Positions 59,297 to 64,000 of a stretch of DNA of 64,000 nucleotides are shown here, in pieces. This stretch comes from Patescibacteria group bacterium. Its GTDB lineage: Bacteria > Patescibacteriota > WWE3 > UBA101185 > UBA10185. The stretch spans positions 13,383 to 77,382 of the forward strand of contig BPJL01000008.1 of NCBI GenBank assembly GCA_026004595.1, read 5' to 3'. Position 1 is the stretch's first letter. Each line of letters begins with the position of its first letter. The notes beneath the pieces were generated by a model. That model did not search any database. It saw only the letters and a program-made list of their open reading frames with translations, and was not told the origin of the DNA. Position numbers and translations under genes: made by a program.

Positions 59297-60346
59297 ATGG
59301 GTATTAAAGGCCTAAACGTTACACTAAAAAGATACTGTCCTAAAGCAATAGTTGAAATACCAATGATTGAACTTAAGGGAAAAAGGGTTGCCGTTGACGC
59401 GCTTCAGATGGTTTTTTGTCAAGCTTCTGTTGTTTACCGTCGAAACGTTCTAAGTATGAAAAATCACTTTGACGAAGTTGACAGGACGAAGCTTGTTGAA
59501 GACATTATCGCTCGTTTAATTGACTTTAACATCGAGCTGCTGATAAACGGAACAGTACCAGTCTGGTGTTGGGACGGAAAAGCCCCAAAAGAAAAAGAGA
59601 AAACGCGTGAACAGAGAAGAGAAATGAGAAAAAGAAACAATGAAAAGCTGATTAAACTTAAAACGGACCTTTTATCAAAATCATCACTGTCAAGTTCAAA
59701 CGATGATCTGGAACAGCTTAAACGAGCGGTTTTAAACAACTTTTCTCTAAGTTTCGATGAAATAAATAAGATAAGAACAGTGTTAGAGAAAACGGGAGTT
59801 CCCAATTTAACTGCCGAAGGAGAGGGTGAAAAGTTAGCATCGTTTCTCGCTAAAGAGGGACACGTTGACTACGTCTGGAGTTCTGACACAGACAGCCTTC
59901 TACTTGGAGCACCAAAGTTAATCATCGGGAGTTCAAACGGTGATAAACTAAAGGTGATCGTGCTTGAAACAATACTCACTTCTCTTTCAGAAGTAGTCGG
60001 GTGGGACTTTACACTGGAACACTTCATTGACCTTGGTATACTACACGGTACCGACTTTAACGATAACATCAAGGGAATAGGCCCAATAAAGTCACTTGAA
60101 CTGATAAAGGAACACAAAACAATAGACAACATGGCATGTAAGATTAATATAGAACTGCTTAATCACAAGTCGGTAAGAGAACTCTTCAAATACAGCCCAA
60201 CCAATATAGACGGTGATACACTTTTCATTGACTATGACGCAGTGGAGAACGTTGAGAACCACAAGCTAAAGTCAATATCAAAGCTGTTAAGAGAACAGGA
60301 TTTAAACGGCGTGATAAGAGAAACATACAAAGAACGTTTTTTTTAA
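59297..60346 (+). CDS. Flap endonuclease (FEN1/XPG family)
   Basis: MGIKGL, VAVDA, WDGKAPKEK, EGEKLA, SSDTDSLLLG, GTDFN..IKGIGP. Confidence 0.95.
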   Translation: MGIKGLNVTLKRYCPKAIVEIPMIELKGKRVAVDALQMVFCQASVVYRRNVLSMKNHFDEVDRTKLVEDIIARLIDFNIELLINGTVPVWCWDGKAPKEKEKTREQRREMRKRNNEKLIKLKTDLLSKSSLSSSNDDLEQLKRAVLNNFSLSFDEINKIRTVLEKTGVPNLTAEGEGEKLASFLAKEGHVDYVWSSDTDSLLLGAPKLIIGSSNGDKLKVIVLETILTSLSEVVGWDFTLEHFIDLGILHGTDFNDNIKGIGPIKSLELIKEHKTIDNMACKINIELLNHKSVRELFKYSPTNIDGDTLFIDYDAVENVENHKLKSISKLLREQDLNGVIRETYKERFF

Positions 60347-60356
60347 AGCAAAATAA

Positions 60357-62057
60357 ATGAAGTACCTTAACACTGATGGTAAAATAGTTAAGTTAAAAAG
60401 AAATGGTGAACTAACAAGATCAAGGTGGCATGATAATGGAATCGAAAACTTTATGGTTAAGGTTAAACCCGTACCGGGTGACTGTGATTGCTTTTTTCAC
60501 GCACTGCTAAAAAACCTTCCCGAGATAGACCCTTTGTCACCAATAACAAGATACGGTTTAAAGTTCAATAACGGCAACGAGCTGAGGAAAGTGATGAAAG
60601 AGATAATAACCAGACAATACCTTATAGAAAAGGGGATAGAGACACCCGACGTGCTTGAGTCATACAAACTAGCCGAAGTAAAGGACTACGTCAGCGATAA
60701 ACCCGTCTGGGTCCCAATGGACAAAGAGGAAGCGAGAAGAAGACTGTTTCAGAATATCGATTTTTTATCAGTACTCTTTTCAAACAGTTTCTATTCAACA
60801 GAAAGTCTTTACTTTGACGAAAGCAGTTGTGATCTAAGTTATGATATAGACTGGTACTTTGAACATTCGATAAACCCTAAATCAACAGGTGATTCAATAA
60901 AAAAGGCAATAGAGATAATGGAGAAAAAAACGGGGGGAAAGTTTGATTACATGCCAAAAGAGTCCTATAGTCTCCTACAAAAGTGGCCAAAGAATATAAT
61001 AACAGAATGGAAAGCAATGAAAATGCCCTCAAATAAAGAGGTAATAACAATCTTCGCTACTCACCTTAAAATAAAGAACAGTGAATACTCTGGTTGGTTT
61101 TCATCAGAAGCAATCGCGTCAGTGATCGAAAGCCTAAGAAACAGCAAAAACTATAGACTTGCTTTTGAAGATACTGGAATAAAAGAGATAGCAGAAGTAT
61201 ACAGCCTGGTAAAGCACATGCTAAAAAAGAGGCTGTTTATTCACCCGTTCTATGAAAAGCTGTGTGATATAGAAGAGGCTACCAGGGTTGTAGAAGACTA
61301 CGTTAAAAACAGAAAAATAAAGTTTTTAAAGGACAACTTCTGTATCATCGACTCTGAAAGGTTTACCAGGTGGAGTTTCAGGCCAATGACAAGGGGAGAG
61401 GTTGAACAGCTTTTCTCGCCGGGAGAAAAGAAAATAAAAGAAAGACTAGTCGGACTTCTAATGAAAAACAAAAAACGGTCAACGGTTGCCGACATTGAAA
61501 ACCTGTTTAAGGGTGACCCCAGAAAGTTTGTACTGGAAAGCACCGGAAACCACTTTTCACCCAAAGCAAAATCGCCAAAGAGACTCGGTGATAACTATTA
61601 TGAACTCGAGGACAGTGAGCCCTACCTTGAATATGACATTAACAGTGGTTACTATCAGCTTAACAGGTGTCAACTTTTCGTTAAGTCATTAGAGCTAACC
61701 GGTTCTTTTGACTACACAATGAGTGCTATAGTGAAAACAGTTTCCTCAAAAAGGTACGCTGGACCAGCAGAGGCAACCGTTGCCTGTTACCTGTTTAACA
61801 TCGGGATCTGCTTCTGTGAAGTCTTCAGTGAAGTTTTAATACCAAAGTTTTACCTGGTTAACGGTGATAAAATGGTACTTCTTGAGCACCTTGGAGAGCA
61901 CTTTCAGTCCATCAGGATAAAAAAATTCTCTGAGAAACACAGCTGTAAAACAGTTGACAAAAACCTAATCAAGTTCGTTTATAAAACCTTTCCAAGCATA
62001 GTTTATGAGTCACTCTTAATCGAACCAGTGTTTATTTTTCCTAAGACGGCTGATTGA
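60357..62057 (+). CDS. Putative OTU-like cysteine protease / deubiquitinase with large insertion
   Basis: Cys box VPGDCDCFFHAL near the N-terminus; YAGPAEA and His box LLEHLGEHFQSI near the C-terminus. Confidence 0.65.
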   Translation: MKYLNTDGKIVKLKRNGELTRSRWHDNGIENFMVKVKPVPGDCDCFFHALLKNLPEIDPLSPITRYGLKFNNGNELRKVMKEIITRQYLIEKGIETPDVLESYKLAEVKDYVSDKPVWVPMDKEEARRRLFQNIDFLSVLFSNSFYSTESLYFDESSCDLSYDIDWYFEHSINPKSTGDSIKKAIEIMEKKTGGKFDYMPKESYSLLQKWPKNIITEWKAMKMPSNKEVITIFATHLKIKNSEYSGWFSSEAIASVIESLRNSKNYRLAFEDTGIKEIAEVYSLVKHMLKKRLFIHPFYEKLCDIEEATRVVEDYVKNRKIKFLKDNFCIIDSERFTRWSFRPMTRGEVEQLFSPGEKKIKERLVGLLMKNKKRSTVADIENLFKGDPRKFVLESTGNHFSPKAKSPKRLGDNYYELEDSEPYLEYDINSGYYQLNRCQLFVKSLELTGSFDYTMSAIVKTVSSKRYAGPAEATVACYLFNIGICFCEVFSEVLIPKFYLVNGDKMVLLEHLGEHFQSIRIKKFSEKHSCKTVDKNLIKFVYKTFPSIVYESLLIEPVFIFPKTAD

Positions 62058-62074
62058 GAAAAATGTAGTATATA

Positions 62075-63051
62075 TAAGTATAACATTCAACAGTGTTAAC
62101 GATTTCTTAGACGCTTACCAAAGAAACACCTTTCGAAGGTTACGATAGTACGAGAGTGTTCATGTTGATATTTCAGACAAAACAGACAAAGCTTGGAGAA
62201 AAATTTATGTTATACATTATATTGACGATCTTTTAAATATCCTTCTTCTTAGAAACATACTATTTCCTGTTCCATATCTTGAATATTATGAAAGTGATTC
62301 GTTCTCGCTAAAGGTGTTGATCAGTTTGAATTTAGAGGAAATGGTAAAAATTTCACGTTAGAGTAGAACCTCTTAATGTCTATTATTTTTACGAAAAAAA
62401 AATAGTAATAATCCATTGTTCGTGGAATTGTACGATCGCAGATAAATATAAAGAAGCATTTAAAGATAGGACTAATAACCCACTTGTTTTTAATAGAAAT
62501 CTAGTGATTACGAGAAAAAACTAGCAGACAGTTTAACATATACCTTTAACAAAGTAGTCGAAATAGTGGACCAATACGTGCTATTCTTAGACAAATTTGA
62601 TACCAACATAACAAGTACATACAAAGCTTGGCTTGAGAACAATAGTGGAAATAATTTGCCAGTTAACAGTTTCGAGCAGACTGTTATCTCATACTATTTA
62701 GAGGCTAAACAGCTAACTAAAACATCTGATGATAAAATAGTACAAAAGATACTATCATTGTGTCGGTGTGAAATATTGGATTTTATCGTGAGAATTAAAA
62801 CCCTTAAATATAAACTCACTTTTGATGAACCAAATTACAAAGTAACAGACTTGCGCGAAATGATTTTTGAAAATACACAAAGAGAAAACGTTCCCAGTAT
62901 CAACGATCTGGAAAGCCTTTTCATCTCTAGATTAGAAGAATCACTTGATACAGAAATTATAACTGAAGCAAAGAAAAGGCTAAAGAGAAGTCTTATCATA
63001 ATAAAAGACAACATAGAACTAACAAAAAATAATAATCATGATAAGATATAA
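62075..63051 (+). pseudogene. Decayed tandem paralogue of the gene at 63135
   Basis: Collinear DNA blocks (ACATTCAA, GCTTACCAAAGAAACACCTTTC, ATATTTCAGACAAAACAGACAAAGC, TTTCCTGTTCCATAT) interrupted by deletions and stops. Only 62566-63051 stays open. Confidence 0.85.
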
Positions 63052-63134
63052 GAAATCAGAGATAACAATTGAGTTTTAAACAGATGATTAGAGATAAAGA
63101 GAAATAGAAATAGAAAAAATATCTTATATATAAA

Positions 63135-64000
63135 ATGACTAAAACATTCAATAGTGTAAACGAATTCTTTAATGGCTTTTTGAAAGAACTGCTTACCAAA
63201 GAAACACCTTTCAAAGATTACGATATTATCGAAGTTAAATTACCATCTGACAGAGAAGTAAGTGTTAATATTTCAGACAAAACAGACAAAGCAAAGTATA
63301 TTCATAGGCTTTTAACATTAATTGGACAAGAATATTACATTTTAGCTCTTTCTGACCCCGATAGAAACGAACTTTTAACAATCCTGTTTCTAAGAAACAT
63401 ACTGTTTCCTGTTCCATATGTTGAGTATTATAGTAATGGTGCTGGTATCTCAGACGCAGTTGCACTGGTTGATACATTGATATCATATGTTCTTGCTAAA
63501 GGTGTTCAAAATTTTGAATATAGAAGAGATGAAGCTGCTATACCAGAAACTGTAACGATAGACACTTTAGTTGATACTATTAAGAATCCAGCTATAACCA
63601 ATTTTTATGAAAGTGGCATCAGTGCACCATTGGTAACAGAGTTATATGATGCATCCGGAGTCACAGAAAGATATAAACAAGCATTTGAAAATCGGACTAC
63701 CAACAAGCTTGATTTTAATCTCAAAAACATCTTTTATCTTGTTTTTACTGATGGAAGTCTACTAGATGATTACGAGAGAAAACTAGCAGACGAGATAAAA
63801 CTAGCAGACAATTTATTCCCCCTTCAAAGTACAGCCGAAGAAGCAGTAGACCAATACGTGCTATTCTTAGACAAATTTGATACTAACATCATAAGTACAT
63901 ACAAAGCTTGGCTTGAGAACAATAGTGGAAATAATTTGCCAGATAGCGGTTTCGAGCAGACTGTTGTCTCATACTATTTAGAGGCTAAACAGCTAACTAA
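63135..64000 (+). CDS. Hypothetical protein, 3'-truncated by the window edge
   Basis: Not in the track; hand-translated MTKTFNSVNEFFNGFLKELLTKETPF... is open to 64000; TAAAATG start. Confidence 0.85.
   Translation, partial: MTKTFNSVNEFFNGFLKELLTKETPFKDYDIIEVKLPSDREVSVNISDKTDKAKYIHRLLTLIGQEYYILALSDPDRNELLTILFLRNILFPVPYVEYYSNGAGISDAVALVDTLISYVLAKGVQNFEYRRDEAAIPETVTIDTLVDTIKNPAITNFYESGISAPLVTELYDASGVTERYKQAFENRTTNKLDFNLKNIFYLVFTDGSLLDDYERKLADEIKLADNLFPLQSTAEEAVDQYVLFLDKFDTNIISTYKAWLENNSGNNLPDSGFEQTVVSYYLEAKQLT

Noticed and set aside
2994-61692. Numerous antisense or nested ORFs of 60-170 aa within long genes (e.g. 2994-3485, 8821-9330, 14668-14883, 48690-49115)
   Set aside because: They overlap well-supported genes, are Ser/Leu/Phe-rich as expected for antisense shadows, and lack motifs.
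63265-63486. 73-aa minus-strand ORF
   Set aside because: Antisense to the long open plus-strand gene starting at 63135.
1-64000. tRNA, rRNA or major capsid protein genes
   Set aside because: None recognised by eye, and intergenic spaces outside the arrays are mostly too short. A tRNAscan-SE or HMM run would be needed to exclude them formally.

Overview
This AT-rich, very gene-dense 64 kb window comes from a large eukaryotic DNA virus (Nucleocytoviricota). The gene set most resembles Pimascovirales (pitho-/marseille-/irido-like); that placement is inferred from gene content, not from a phylogeny. Core genes: family B DNA polymerase, RPB2, RPB6, VLTF3, TFIIB-like factor, A18-type SF2 helicase, PCNA, FEN1, ATP-dependent ligase, RuvC/A22 resolvase, UDG, endonuclease IV, RNase III, VP39-type cap methyltransferase and an A16/G9-like membrane protein. 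No capsid gene, tRNA, CRISPR array or transposase was recognised. Several features are missing from the ORF track or unexplained by it. (1) A 237-aa intein with a decayed LAGLIDADG domain sits in the helicase Walker A motif. (2) Two non-coding arrays (6 and 11 copies) share a structured ~285-295 bp unit with a GCCACTAGATGG core, inverted ATCCC-N6-TCCCGT arms, palindromes and, in array 2, 11-bp iteron-like repeats; one near-identical unit is shared across 21.5 kb. (3) A four-member DUF285 repeat-gene family, one member frameshifted. (4) A CGTGAG microsatellite builds Arg/Glu tracts in two unrelated genes. (5) A helicase fused to a probably dead nuclease and a DEDDh exonuclease. (6) An OTU-like domain split by a large insertion. 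(7) A mosaic pseudogene beside its intact paralogue at the right end.
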